Shown: positions 1 to 9,931, numbered from the stretch's first letter. The stretch: 64,000 nt of DNA from Nitrospirota bacterium (GCA_963790025.1 CAWBMP010000004.1:1504001-1568000); one strand, 5' to 3'. The notes: generated by a model from the letters alone, not told the origin. Numbers and translations: made by a program.

Positions 1-374
1 GGTGAAGTCGATCCGGTTGTGGCCAGAAAGTTCAGATAGCGCTGAAGCTTGGTCGCTTCAAGAGTGGAATATCTTCTGAGCATCCTCTTGAGTTCGTCTT
101 TTTCAGTATAGGTTTTTTCGGAATACACGGACCTGAACAAACTGGCAAGAGGGCTTATCACATATTTTTTGGATAACGAAAAAAGGTCCTTGGGAGAGCC
201 CGATGCCTCGTATGCTCTCAAAAAAGCATAAGTCTCTTTATCCGCCTTTGCGAAATGGCGCCATTTCTGAAACATTATGGTCCACGATATAATGGAGAAA
301 AAGAGAAGAATAGCAAGGACAGCTTTGACTACGTATCCCGCTTCTAATATTAATTGTAAAGCCGATTGCTGCAT
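1..374 (-). CDS. tolQ: TolQ/ExbB/MotA proton-channel family protein, 5' part (runs off window start)
   Basis: Manual translation from ATG at 374: MQQSALQLILEAGYVVKAVLAILLFFSIISWTIMFQKW...LQRYLNFLATTGSTSP, a typical TolQ N-terminal TM and FLAT-GS-SP motif; not in the ORF track because it is truncated. Confidence 0.8.
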   Translation of the reverse strand, partial: MQQSALQLILEAGYVVKAVLAILLFFSIISWTIMFQKWRHFAKADKETYAFLRAYEASGSPKDLFSLSKKYVISPLASLFRSVYSEKTYTEKDELKRMLRRYSTLEATKLQRYLNFLATTGSTS

Positions 375-481
375 AACCTTAAAATGTTATCTAATTTTGA
401 ACTTAAAAGTCAAATAACATAAAAACCGGGAAGAGGCAAAGGTAACTTGCAAGGGGCCGGAGAAATAAGTTATTTTTAATA

Positions 482-1471
482 ATGGGTTTTGGCAGCATCG
501 TCAATTCATTTAAGCACAAGAAGATACTTATTATCGGTGATTTGATCCTTGACCGTTATATCTTCGGCAAGGTAAGCAGGATTTCTCCTGAGGCCCCGGT
601 ACCGGTGGTCGATGTGGTAAGCGAGTCGTTCCTTCTCGGAGGCGCGGCAAATGTCGCCAACAACATAATAGCCCTCGGGGGCAATGTGTCAGTCGCCGGT
701 ATTGTAGGCAGGGATAGTGCCGGTAAATATTTGAGGGACCTGCTTGGGCAAAAGAATGTCGGCACCGAAGGAATCATCGAAGACAAAAGACCGACCACGG
801 TGAAAACCCGCGTTGTTGCCCATAACCAGCAGGTAGTCCGGTTCGACAGGGAAGACCGCAAGAAGCTTGAAGGAAAAAATCTCTCCCTCCTGCTGGATTA
901 CTTGAAAAGGTCGATTGCCGGACATGATGCTGTCATAGTTTCCGACTATAAGAAAGGCATTGTCTCGGCGCCGCTTATAAAGGCGCTGGTCAAATATGCA
1001 AAAAAGAACGATACGTTTATTGCCGTAGACCCGAAAGTGGGGCACTTTCACTTTTACAAGGAGGTCTCGCTCATAACTCCCAACCTCATGGAAGCATCGC
1101 AAGGCTCCGGTGTCGAGATCAGAGATGAAAAAAGCCTCATGAAGGCAGGGAAGACGCTTATGAACAGACTATCATGCAAATCGCTGCTGGTTACGCGGGG
1201 AGAGGACGGCATGAGTCTGTTCGCGCGACGCAGCTCCAGAGAGATCTCGGCAATACATATTCCAACAGTCGCACAGAAAGTTTTTGATGTCACGGGTGCC
1301 GGTGATACTGTTATTGCCACTTTTGCACTTGCGTATGCGGCTGGGGCTTCACTGGAAGATGCCGCAGTTATCGCCAACCATGCTGCAGGCATTGTTGTAG
1401 GGGAGGTCGGGACCGCGGTGGCAACCCCGGAGTCTCTGCTCATATCTCTGCGATCAGGAAGAAGGCACTAA
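482..1471 (+). CDS. rfaE1: D-glycero-beta-D-manno-heptose-7-phosphate kinase (RfaE domain I, PfkB family)
   Basis: GDLILDRY..G.V.RISPEAPVPV, GGAANVA, SDYKKG, DVTGAGDTV motifs. Confidence 0.93.
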   Translation: MGFGSIVNSFKHKKILIIGDLILDRYIFGKVSRISPEAPVPVVDVVSESFLLGGAANVANNIIALGGNVSVAGIVGRDSAGKYLRDLLGQKNVGTEGIIEDKRPTTVKTRVVAHNQQVVRFDREDRKKLEGKNLSLLLDYLKRSIAGHDAVIVSDYKKGIVSAPLIKALVKYAKKNDTFIAVDPKVGHFHFYKEVSLITPNLMEASQGSGVEIRDEKSLMKAGKTLMNRLSCKSLLVTRGEDGMSLFARRSSREISAIHIPTVAQKVFDVTGAGDTVIATFALAYAAGASLEDAAVIANHAAGIVVGEVGTAVATPESLLISLRSGRRH

Positions 1472-1528
1472 CAAGTAGGCATTATGGAGTAAGCAGTAGG
1501 CATCTTACTTTCTTTACTGTTTTTAATT

Positions 1529-2557
1529 ATGCCAAAAGCCATAGCATTATACTCAGGCGGTCTCGACAGCACTCTGGCAATCCTGGTTGCGATGAAGCAG
1601 GGGATAGAGGTAACTGCGGTGACCTTTGTCACGCATTTTGGCTGCAATATCTCGGACAAATCATCCTGCTCCAAAGACCCCTTTGCCGCTGCCGCTCAAT
1701 TCGGCTTTGAGGTGAAGCTTTGCCATCTTGCAGACCGGTTTATCGAAATTGTAAAAAAACCGAAGTTCGGCCACGGAAAAAACATGAATCCCTGTATCGA
1801 TTGCAGGATATTGATGCTGAAAGAAGCCAAAGAACTTATGGCTATGCGCGGTGCTGACTTCATTATAACGGGAGAGGTGCTGGGTCAGCGGCCTATGAGC
1901 CAGCGCAGGGATACATTCCCGAAGATCGACAGGGAGGCGGAGCTGGCAGGATACATTGTGCGTCCTCTGAGCGCAAAACTGCTGAAACCGACAATTCCCG
2001 AACAAGCGGGTATTATTGACAGGGAGAGGTTGTACGCGTTTAACGGCAGGTCGAGAAAACCGCAAATTGCCCTTGCAAGCGAGCTCGGCCTCACCAGTTA
2101 TCCTGCTCCTGCAGGGGGGTGTCTATTGACAGACCCGATTTATTCACACCGCCTGAGGGACCTGCTGGAATATACTCCCGATCCGGGTTTGAAAGATATA
2201 CAACTCCTGCGGACAGGCCGACATTTCAGAATATCCCAAAACGAAAAAATAATTGTGGGGAGGCATGAGGAAGACAACGTAATAATTGATTCACTGGCTG
2301 ACAGCGGCGATTACCTTTTGTGGGTTGAGGGACACGGAAGTCCTCTTGCAATTGCGAACGGCAGAATAACCGAAGATGCGCTGGGCATAGCTGCCGCTCT
2401 CTGCGCGCGGTATTCCGATGCAAAAACACTTCCTGTGGTCGATGTTACTGTAAAAAAGAACGGTTCCTGCTCCATAATGCAGGTGCGTCCGGCTTCGGCT
2501 GAAATGCTTATTAACTATATGGTCCGGGTATCCGGGACAAAAGAAAAGGAGTGTTAA
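1529..2557 (+). CDS. PP-loop tRNA thiouridylase-like protein (ThiI/MnmA-like, DUF814-type C-terminus)
   Basis: SGGLDS PP-loop, NPCIDC, GEVLGQRPMSQ, PAGGCLLTD, GRHFR. Confidence 0.8.
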   Translation: MPKAIALYSGGLDSTLAILVAMKQGIEVTAVTFVTHFGCNISDKSSCSKDPFAAAAQFGFEVKLCHLADRFIEIVKKPKFGHGKNMNPCIDCRILMLKEAKELMAMRGADFIITGEVLGQRPMSQRRDTFPKIDREAELAGYIVRPLSAKLLKPTIPEQAGIIDRERLYAFNGRSRKPQIALASELGLTSYPAPAGGCLLTDPIYSHRLRDLLEYTPDPGLKDIQLLRTGRHFRISQNEKIIVGRHEEDNVIIDSLADSGDYLLWVEGHGSPLAIANGRITEDALGIAAALCARYSDAKTLPVVDVTVKKNGSCSIMQVRPASAEMLINYMVRVSGTKEKEC

Positions 2558-2558
2558 A

Positions 2559-3191
2559 GTGAACAGATCGGCAATAACCGTATTTCTTTTTCTGGCATTT
2601 TGCCTGGCCTCTTGTGCAAGCACTACCAATTATCCCATAACGCTCTCTTACCAACCGGTTACCCCGCAATACGAAAAAGCAGGGGGCGCATCGATTGCAG
2701 TTGCCACTCTCGCCGATAGAAGGCCTGTGACTAATAAGAGAATTCTCGGAACAAAAGAGGATGGGGTCCAGTTTATAGCTCTTATTGACGATCCGGCGGC
2801 GGCGCTCTCAAAAGGTTTTGCCGTCTACCTTGTGAACAGGGGTTTCATGGTCAACAGAACAGATGAAGTATGGGATGGAGATGTGAAGTCCATAAGTCAG
2901 AGTCAGGGCAATTTCATCATCGGGGGCACATTGGATGATCTTGCCATCAATGTCAAAGGAAATCTTTTGAAGACGGAGTATGACTGCTCGGTGAAATTCA
3001 CTCTTTCAGTTGCCGATATAAAGACAAAGGAACTGCTGCACAGGGAAAAATTCGATGTTTCGACTTCATATGTCACGCTGCCGTTCAGCAGGGAAAAGGC
3101 GGAGGAGCTTATAAACAAGGCACTGTCCGAATCAGTTGAAAAGTCCCTTGCAGGCATAAATTCATATCTCCCGGGGCATACAAGAAATTGA
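2559..3191 (+). CDS. Putative lipoprotein (YajG-like)
   Basis: Signal peptide with lipobox LASC; GTG start just after previous stop. Confidence 0.6.
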   Translation: MNRSAITVFLFLAFCLASCASTTNYPITLSYQPVTPQYEKAGGASIAVATLADRRPVTNKRILGTKEDGVQFIALIDDPAAALSKGFAVYLVNRGFMVNRTDEVWDGDVKSISQSQGNFIIGGTLDDLAINVKGNLLKTEYDCSVKFTLSVADIKTKELLHREKFDVSTSYVTLPFSREKAEELINKALSESVEKSLAGINSYLPGHTRN

Positions 3192-3226
3192 CATTGGGAG
3201 CAGACAAGCTGATTGCCCGACGTTGC

Positions 3227-4066
3227 TTAAAGCCTGACAGGCACGCCTTTTGATTTCAGGAATTCCTTTGCCTCTTTGATCGTGTATTCTCTATAGTGAA
3301 AGATCGATGCGGCGAGCACCGCATCTGCTTTGCCTTGAACAACGCCCTCATAGAGGTGCTCCAGGTTGCCGACACCACCGGATGCAATGACCGGGATCGT
3401 CACTCCCTCTGAAACAGCCCTTGTTAACTCAAGGTCATATCCGTCCTTTGTGCCGTCCCTGTCCATGCTGGTCAGGAGGATTTCGCCGGCACCGAGTTCC
3501 TCCACCTTTGCCGCCCATTTGACAGCATCGATACCCTTCATCTTTCTGCCGCCATGTGTTGAGAGCGCCCAGACAGATTTCCCGGCAGACATCTTTAGGC
3601 AGACATCCTTTAAGCTCTGATCCGAGAACCAGTCTTCACCCGTTGCATCGGTCAAACTACGCGTCACCCTTTTTGCATCGATAGCAACAACTATGCATTG
3701 GCTCCCGAATTTCTCGGCAGCCCGGTTGATGAAATAAGGGTCCTTTACCGCAGCAGTGTTAATTGAGACCTTGTCGCATCCGGCATTAAGCAAATCCCTG
3801 ATATCCTCAAGCGTCCGTATGCCGCCGCCTACTGTCAGCGGCATGAAGACGTCGTCGGCAGTCTTTTCCACGACATGGAGTATGATCTTCCTTTTCTCGT
3901 GAGAGGCGGTTATATCGAGAAAAACAAGTTCATCGGCGCCCTGCTCATCATAATAAATCGCATTCTCCACCGGATCGCCCGCATCCCTGATGTTGACGAA
4001 ATTGACCCCCTTCACAACTCGCCCGTCCCTGACGTCAAGACATGGTATTATTCGTTTAGCCAACAT
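3227..4066 (-). CDS. hisF: Imidazole glycerol phosphate synthase cyclase subunit, with a ~25 aa loop insertion
   Basis: [46 protein letters not shown]. Confidence 0.97.
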   Translation of the reverse strand: MLAKRIIPCLDVRDGRVVKGVNFVNIRDAGDPVENAIYYDEQGADELVFLDITASHEKRKIILHVVEKTADDVFMPLTVGGGIRTLEDIRDLLNAGCDKVSINTAAVKDPYFINRAAEKFGSQCIVVAIDAKRVTRSLTDATGEDWFSDQSLKDVCLKMSAGKSVWALSTHGGRKMKGIDAVKWAAKVEELGAGEILLTSMDRDGTKDGYDLELTRAVSEGVTIPVIASGGVGNLEHLYEGVVQGKADAVLAASIFHYREYTIKEAKEFLKSKGVPVRL

Positions 4067-4071
4067 ATTTT

Positions 4072-4792
4072 CTAGCTCCCCACGGTCTGAATTGCTATTT
4101 TTAAATCAATGGAACCTGAATAAAGGGCCTTGCCGGTAATGGCGCCCCACAACTTTTTTATCCCAAGCAAACTTTTAATATCGTCCAGCGAGGAAATCCC
4201 TCCTGATGCTATAACTGGTATATCAAGCGACTCCGCCATGTCCCGCATGGCTTCAATATTGGGACCGGTCATCATCCCGTCCCTGGAAATATCAGTATAG
4301 ATAATCCCTGCAACGCCATAGTCCTGCATCATTAATGCCAGGTCTTTGGCTTTCACCGTGGTCACTTCTACCCAGCCTTTTACAGCAACGAGACCGTCTT
4401 TTGCATCAATGCCGACCAGGACATTGCCGGGGTATTTCCCCGCTGCTTTTTTTACGAGTTCCGGCTTTTCAACGGCAACTGTGCCCAGGATGACCCTGTT
4501 TATCCCATATGCAATGAGTTGATCGATCCTGTTTAAGTCCCTTATGCCGCCGCCAACCTCGATATCCATTTTCACAGCAGCCCTTATTTTACGTATGCTG
4601 TCGAGATTTTTTCTGGCTGCCTGTAAAAGCGCCGTCAAGATCAACTACGTGTAAAAGCCGCGCCCCGCAGGATTCCCATTTTTGGGCAACAGCTGCGGGA
4701 TCGTTTGAGTATTCTGTTACATCCTCTTTCCTCCCCTGCAGGAGCCGCACACATAGTCCGTCCTTTAAATCTATTGCAGGAATTACTATCAT
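4072..4792 (-). CDS. hisA: ProFAR isomerase, split by a +1 frameshift in an A6 run (probably a sequence error)
   Basis: [17 protein letters not shown] and LHVVDLDGA in 4589-4792; [18 protein letters not shown] in 4072-4644; removing one T from 4607-4612 joins them as [12 protein letters not shown]. Confidence 0.9.
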
Positions 4793-4815
4793 TCAGTAAT
4801 ATAACATAGTAACAG

Positions 4816-5778
4816 ATGACAGAGGACAGAAGACAGGGCAGCAATTCAGATAATAAGTGTAATGACGGATGTGTCTATTACGCTCAGGCGCTCCGTCTTG
4901 ACAGTTCTAACGGCCCGTTCGCTGCAGTCGCAAAATTCAGCCCTTCGGACTTCAGTTTCTCGCCTGCTTTACGCTCACTCTCCGAGAACTGTTACCAAAA
5001 CTCCGCGATTCGCTCCAGAGACACATCCGTCATTACACTGTCTGCTGTGCTTGTTTTTCTGATTATTCAACTCTCGGCAGTATTGTCTCCGGCATGGTCT
5101 TTTTCCATACCCGAAAAACTGCACTATGACCTCACCTGGGTAGGAATAAAGACCGGCGAGGCAGAGCTGGAGGTGAGAGAGACCGCCAAGGATATTCAGA
5201 TCATATCCAAAGCCAATTCGTCAGATTGGGCCTCAATATTCCATCGCGTAGACGACATCGTTGTCAGTACGATAAGAAAGGGTGAGAATAAGGGATATTG
5301 CGAGGGGTTCATCGGTGTGCCGCATAATTACCGGATAAAAATACACGAAGGCAGGTATCAGCGGGACAAGGAATTTCTCATGGACCACGTCGCAAAAAAA
5401 GTGACCTACACAAACTATCTCGCCAAGGAAAAGAAAGAGTTCGTTATCAATGAATCTACGCTCGATCCGCTTTCAAGTTTCTATTATGTCAGGATGCTCC
5501 CTCTTGAGGTGGGGAAATCCGTGTTTCTCGATGTATTTGACAGCAAGAAATTATACAAAGCAGAGGTCCAGGTGTTAAAAAGAGAAGTATTAGAGACCCC
5601 GGCAGGGACCTTTAAAACAGTGCTTATCAAGCCAATACTCAGATCGGAAGGCATCTTCTTTAAAAAGGGAGATATACTTATATGGCTCACTGATGACAGC
5701 AGGAAAATTCCGGTTATGGTTAAGACGAAGGTTGGTGTCGGCTCGGTGAAGGCGATACTTGTGGGCGGCCCGCAATGA
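4816..5778 (+). CDS. DUF3108-family exported protein; true start uncertain because a palindromic element lies in the 5' region
   Basis: EKLHYDLTWVGIKTG, DPLSSFYYVR, ETPAGTFKT, IWLTDD.RKIPV; signal-peptide-like stretch ending PAWS-F. Confidence 0.8.
   Translation: MTEDRRQGSNSDNKCNDGCVYYAQALRLDSSNGPFAAVAKFSPSDFSFSPALRSLSENCYQNSAIRSRDTSVITLSAVLVFLIIQLSAVLSPAWSFSIPEKLHYDLTWVGIKTGEAELEVRETAKDIQIISKANSSDWASIFHRVDDIVVSTIRKGENKGYCEGFIGVPHNYRIKIHEGRYQRDKEFLMDHVAKKVTYTNYLAKEKKEFVINESTLDPLSSFYYVRMLPLEVGKSVFLDVFDSKKLYKAEVQVLKREVLETPAGTFKTVLIKPILRSEGIFFKKGDILIWLTDDSRKIPVMVKTKVGVGSVKAILVGGPQ
4856..5039. mobile_element. 184-bp MITE-like palindromic element with perfect 21-bp terminal inverted repeats
   Basis: AGTGTAATGACGGATGTGTCT (4856-4876) is the exact reverse complement of 5019-5039; inner pairing ACAGTTCT (4901-4908)/AGAACTGT (4985-4992). 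Confidence 0.7.
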
Positions 5779-6521
5779 TACCTGTATCAGTCGTCATAGC
5801 GGCAAAGAACGAAGAACGGAATATAGAAGACGCGCTTCAAAGCGTCAGCCGATTCGGAGAAATAATCATAATCGACGACTTCAGCTCAGACAGTACGATA
5901 TCTATCGCTAAAAAATATACCGACAAAATTTCTCAGGTAGCATGGCAGGGCTACGCAAGGCAGAAGCAGACAGGCATAGACAAGGCATCGATGCCCTGGG
6001 TTTTAGTGCTCGATGCGGATGAGCGGGTTACAGATGCCCTTGCTGATGAAATCAGGACGGCCATTGAAAGCTCCACGTATAATGCCTACTACATCGCACG
6101 GAAAAATTTTTTTCTCGGCAGGTGGATACGTCATGGAGGCTGGTGGCCCGATTATACATTGAGGCTGTTCAAGAAAGACACCGCCAGAATGGAACAGCGG
6201 GAAGTGCATGAAAAGATAGTAGCCGATGGAAAGACAGCCTATTGCAAAAATCCCATGGAGCATTACACGTACAGGCAGATTTCGGATTACATCAAAAAGA
6301 TGAATACCTACTCCGCGCTGGCAGCAAAAGAACTGCATCAAAAGGGGACCCCGTCCAGATTTTATCAACTTATCGTCAAACCGCCCGCCACCTTTTTGAG
6401 GATGTACATTTTACAGCAGGGTTGCAGAGACGGCTTTCACGGGTTCGTGCTTGGAGTGCTTTACAGTTTCTATACATTTCTAAAATACCTGAAGCTGTGG
6501 GAGATTGAAAAATTGCCATAA
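5775..6521 (+). CDS. Glycosyltransferase family 2 (WaaE/KdtX-like LPS beta-glucosyltransferase)
   Basis: IIDDFSSD.T, WVLVLDADER, GGWWPDY.LRLF, VHE, DG.HG. Confidence 0.88.
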   Translation: MIPVSVVIAAKNEERNIEDALQSVSRFGEIIIIDDFSSDSTISIAKKYTDKISQVAWQGYARQKQTGIDKASMPWVLVLDADERVTDALADEIRTAIESSTYNAYYIARKNFFLGRWIRHGGWWPDYTLRLFKKDTARMEQREVHEKIVADGKTAYCKNPMEHYTYRQISDYIKKMNTYSALAAKELHQKGTPSRFYQLIVKPPATFLRMYILQQGCRDGFHGFVLGVLYSFYTFLKYLKLWEIEKLP

Positions 6522-6555
6522 AATTTGGCTGTTTGGTATAATAATAAGTTCTAAA

Positions 6556-6629
6556 GGCGGTGTAGCTCAGCTGGTTAGAGCATGCGACTCATATTCGCAG
6601 TGTCCGGGGTTCGATTCCCTGCACCGCCA
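6556..6629 (+). tRNA. tRNA with CAT anticodon, most likely elongator tRNA-Met; CCA not encoded
   Basis: GGCGGTG/CACCGCC acceptor stem, TAGCTCAGCTGGTTAGAGC D arm, TGCGA-CTCATAT-TCGCA anticodon arm, GGTTCGATTCC T arm. Confidence 0.93.
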
Positions 6630-6899
6630 CTACCTTTTTGTTATGTCCGTGACCCCATAATTTGGCCGTTGCAAGTGTGGGGTTATTTATATAATAATTT
6701 AATATTTATAAAGTTATATCAATAAGATATAGACCTAATTAAATTGTTATATATAATAGCTCCCCGAACTTTACGGAACAAGCCGACGAAGCTATTTTCT
6801 TCAGACCGAAGCAATACCCGCGTTCTGCATTATTTTCACGCTTTTGGATTCCGAGGCTTGCCCTTTTAAATCCAACCGTACTAAGATTCTTACAACCCT

Positions 6900-7187
6900 A
6901 TGGGCGAATCAAATAATAAGGGCTGGTGTGTATACGTGCTCAAGTGCCGGAATAATTATCTGTACATTGGGATAACTAATGATCTTGCTGCCCGTATGAA
7001 AGCCCATGCAAATGGTACTGGCAGCAAGTTTGTGAGGGCTTGGAAGCCGTTTGAGCTTGTAAAGGTGCTATCATGTAGGGATGGCAGAGAGGCACGCAGT
7101 TTGGAGTACCAGTTAAAGAAGTTGAAGCGGATTAAAAAAATGTCGACTCTGGGCTTGACGGATAAGGAACAGCTGCATAAAGTTTAA
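6900..7187 (+). CDS. Small GIY-YIG nuclease (YhbQ/UPF0213-like)
   Basis: WCVYVLKC....LYIGITNDL..RM..H..G.GSKF, A..LE.QLKKL. Confidence 0.85.
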   Translation: MGESNNKGWCVYVLKCRNNYLYIGITNDLAARMKAHANGTGSKFVRAWKPFELVKVLSCRDGREARSLEYQLKKLKRIKKMSTLGLTDKEQLHKV

Positions 7188-7310
7188 CTCATCGTGCAAT
7201 AATAGGCAGTATGGGAACAGAAAAAATACTCGATTATTTGCCGGAATTTAATGATTAAATGCACATATGCAAGCCTGAACATCCCGCTGGAATTTTCAAT
7301 ATATTTTTTC

Positions 7311-8509
7311 TTATTTAGATAAGATGTACCCTCTGTTCTCCTTCAGCATCTTGAAAATAACACGGCAAAGATGACGACCAAGCGCACGTAGTGCCTGGTT
7401 ATGTTTCTTGCCTTCAGCTCTTTTTTTCTCATAATATTGTTGAGACTGCGGAACTTGTTTTCGGTGCCGATCTACGGCAACCATCATTGCGGCCTTAGCC
7501 CGAGTATTAACCTGCGTTGGTGGTTTTGATCCTTTTTGCTTGCCTGAACTATTGTCAAGATTCGCCATCCCAATATACAGAGCCAGACTTGCTTCGCTGC
7601 CAAAGCGCTCGATAGTTCCAATCTCTCCGGCGAGTTCAGATGTACAAATGGAACCGAATCCTGGAATGGTTGCGAGCGTTTGCGCAATATCCGAGCCGTG
7701 TGCAACACCCTCCATCTTTGCTTCAAGTGATTTTATCTTGGCATGGAGTTCCATCACGCGGATTGCATCTTCCTGGATCATTTCACCGACCCACTCGACG
7801 TCGTGACTAAACTGTGCTGTTTTCTGCCATTCAACAATAACAGAGGCATATTTCTTACCAATGCCCGGATCTTGCGGATAGTTGTTTCCCGCATGCGTGC
7901 AAGCGTGCGAAGGTCATCCGTGCTGGTCAGAAATCCAAGAAACCACATATTGTCGGCCTCACCGGTAATCTCCAGAAGTCCCGGACATACAGCGTGAAGA
8001 TCGGCCTGTAGGTTGTTTACTACCCGTACTCGCTCATCGACCAAACGACGCCGGCGCCGTGATAGCCGCTTTAGAATGTCGTTGTCCCGCGGCGTTTTGC
8101 GTACCTCCTGCAGCACATCCTTGGCTATCGGCAGATGATCTCGAAGCTGAAAAAGCTCCAGTCCTTTCCTTGCGTCGATTGCATCGGTCTTCGCGGCACC
8201 GGGGAATATCTCCTTGAATCGAGCAAGCTTGAGATTGTTGATATTGAAGAGGCGATAATTGCGGGCTCGAACGAGCGTGTCCAGCGGACGTGCGTAGCCG
8301 TTGAAGCCCTCCATTGCTACGGCAACGGGACAACTAAACCTTTGCTCCTGCTTCTCGATGCGACAGAAGAATTGCCGGAACCCTTCAGGTTCATGCACGA
8401 TTGAGAATTCATCGAGGACTTCACCGCTGGATAGGCCGATTGCAACGTTGTGACTGCGGCAGCCAATATCGACGCTTACACGCAGTTCGAGGGGATCATC
8501 TTTTTTCAT
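7311..8509 (-). CDS. IS110 transposase/recombinase, split by a one-base frameshift near 7865
   Basis: VSVDIG, VAMEGFNGY, KTDAIDA (RuvC-like DEDD) in 7778-8509; TIPGFG, Y.G......SSG, ALRALGRHL in 7311-7781; one added C restores KIPGIGKKYA. Confidence 0.88.
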
Positions 8510-8519
8510 GTAGTCTCCT

Positions 8520-8726
8520 TTGCAGACAAGATTATCATCCTCAGGTCTCGTCTACTTACAGAGCCACATTTGGCACCATCCCGGTCGACCCTTTTGAGGA
8601 TGATGCAGATGACGGAGGCGGCATTTCAGACTCAAGTGAGCCTGAATGAACAGGCCACTGACCCCACAAGCCACACCCCCGTTAAGCATATCTTACATGA
8701 ATAAAGCTGCCATAGTCATCTGCATA
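8520..8726 (-). ncRNA. Predicted IS110 bridge RNA (target-binding loop followed by donor-binding loop)
   Basis: Perfect stems 8534-8543/8595-8604 and 8603-8613/8715-8725; internal-loop segments match element ends and flanks; boundaries approximate. Confidence 0.7.
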
Positions 8727-8749
8727 AATCCTATGGTAGACCCCCATGA

Positions 8750-9718
8750 ACCCTGCAAGGAGTCCGCAAACTTGTTTCGCTGTGGTTTTTTTATGAGGAC
8801 GTTCTCCGGCAGGTTGCTTCTATTAATTGCGGGGGCAACAAGACATTGCCGGCATATGGAGCGACGTGCAAACTTTGTCAGTGGCGGACTGTCTGCATCG
8901 ATGAGGTGAGCAAGGCAGAGGACCTGACGTTAATCCCGGAGCTGGGGCGGTCGAAACAGGATGACATGTTGCCATACATAAAAAACCTTTCGGACTTGGC
9001 TGATATCAATGTAGATTCTCTCGTTCAAGGTAAGAAAACCGTTATCCCTGGTGTCGGCCCGGCGACTTTGACAAAATTTCAGACCAGTGCCCGGCTGCAG
9101 TTGAACGGGTCCAGGCCATTTATCACGGAGCCGATAAGCTTCCTAAAAACCGAAAAGCAGCTTTTTTTTGATATCGAAACCGACCCTATGCGGGATATTT
9201 GTTATCTTCATGGGTTTACAGAGCGAAACAATGGGGATAGCAGCAAGGAAAAGTATTTTGCTTTCTTTGCTCTTGAGCCTACGCCGATGGAAGAAGAAAA
9301 GGCTTTTGCCGAGGCCTGGGAATATATCCGGGCTTCGCGGCCATGTTCTATTTATTATTATTCAAAATATGAGCGGACGATATGGAGGAAGCTTCAGAAA
9401 AAATATCCGCAGGTTGCAACGGAAGAAGAAGTAGAGGAGTTATTTTCTCAGGAACAGTCTGTTGATCTTTATTATGATGTTGTAAAGCCGAAAACTGAGT
9501 GGCCGACGCGGGATTATTCTATAAAAACTCTTGCAAAATATCTCGGGTTCTCATGGCGGGATGCGGACCCCTCCGGGGCCTCGTCGATAGAGTGGTATCA
9601 TAGGTGGGTAGAGTCCAAGGATGATTCTATTCGCAGGCGGATATTGGAATACAATGAGGATGACTGTATCGCCACGCGGGTTTTGCTGGATGGGATTATT
9701 GAGATGACGATGCGGTAA
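8750..9718 (+). pseudogene. TM0106-family RecB-like nuclease, 5'-truncated; retains the HhH-like region and C-terminal RNase H-like domain
   Basis: C..C.W...C, IPELGRS, FFDIETDP, YYYSKYER, YSIK.LA..LGF.WRD, YNEDDC.AT; frame stays open upstream of the TTG at 8846 only to ~8750, next to the IS110 end. Confidence 0.75.
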
Positions 9719-9931
9719 AACCGTGAAGGCACACAATACCCAATATCTGCGCAAGTCGCATCTTACGTGTAAATCAAGCATTGTTTGTCTCGTGGAACAG
9801 TTCGTAGCCTGCCTCCCTCTGCCGTTGGAAGAGTGGGCTCGGCTATATGTAACGACCAAAAACAGTATTTTTCTAAAGACTTGGTGAATATGCTATCATC
9901 CAAAGTAAAATCAAAGGAAGGCTAAGCTGAC

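Larger units (their letters stand above)
7279..8741 (-). mobile_element. IS110-family insertion sequence, ~1.46 kb, bounded by a duplicated 2-nt core (GT on the element strand)
   Basis: DEDD transposase, long structured 5' non-coding end, AC core copies at 7279-7280 and 8740-8741 whose neighbours match the bridge-RNA guide segments. Confidence 0.8.

Noticed and set aside
6660..6760. AT-rich stretch after tRNA-Met as a replication origin
   Set aside because: No DnaA-box cluster or iterons seen; more likely island junction DNA
7855..7875. Programmed frameshift in the IS110 transposase
   Set aside because: IS110 enzymes are single ORFs, there is no slippery heptamer, and one missing C restores the conserved IPGIG motif
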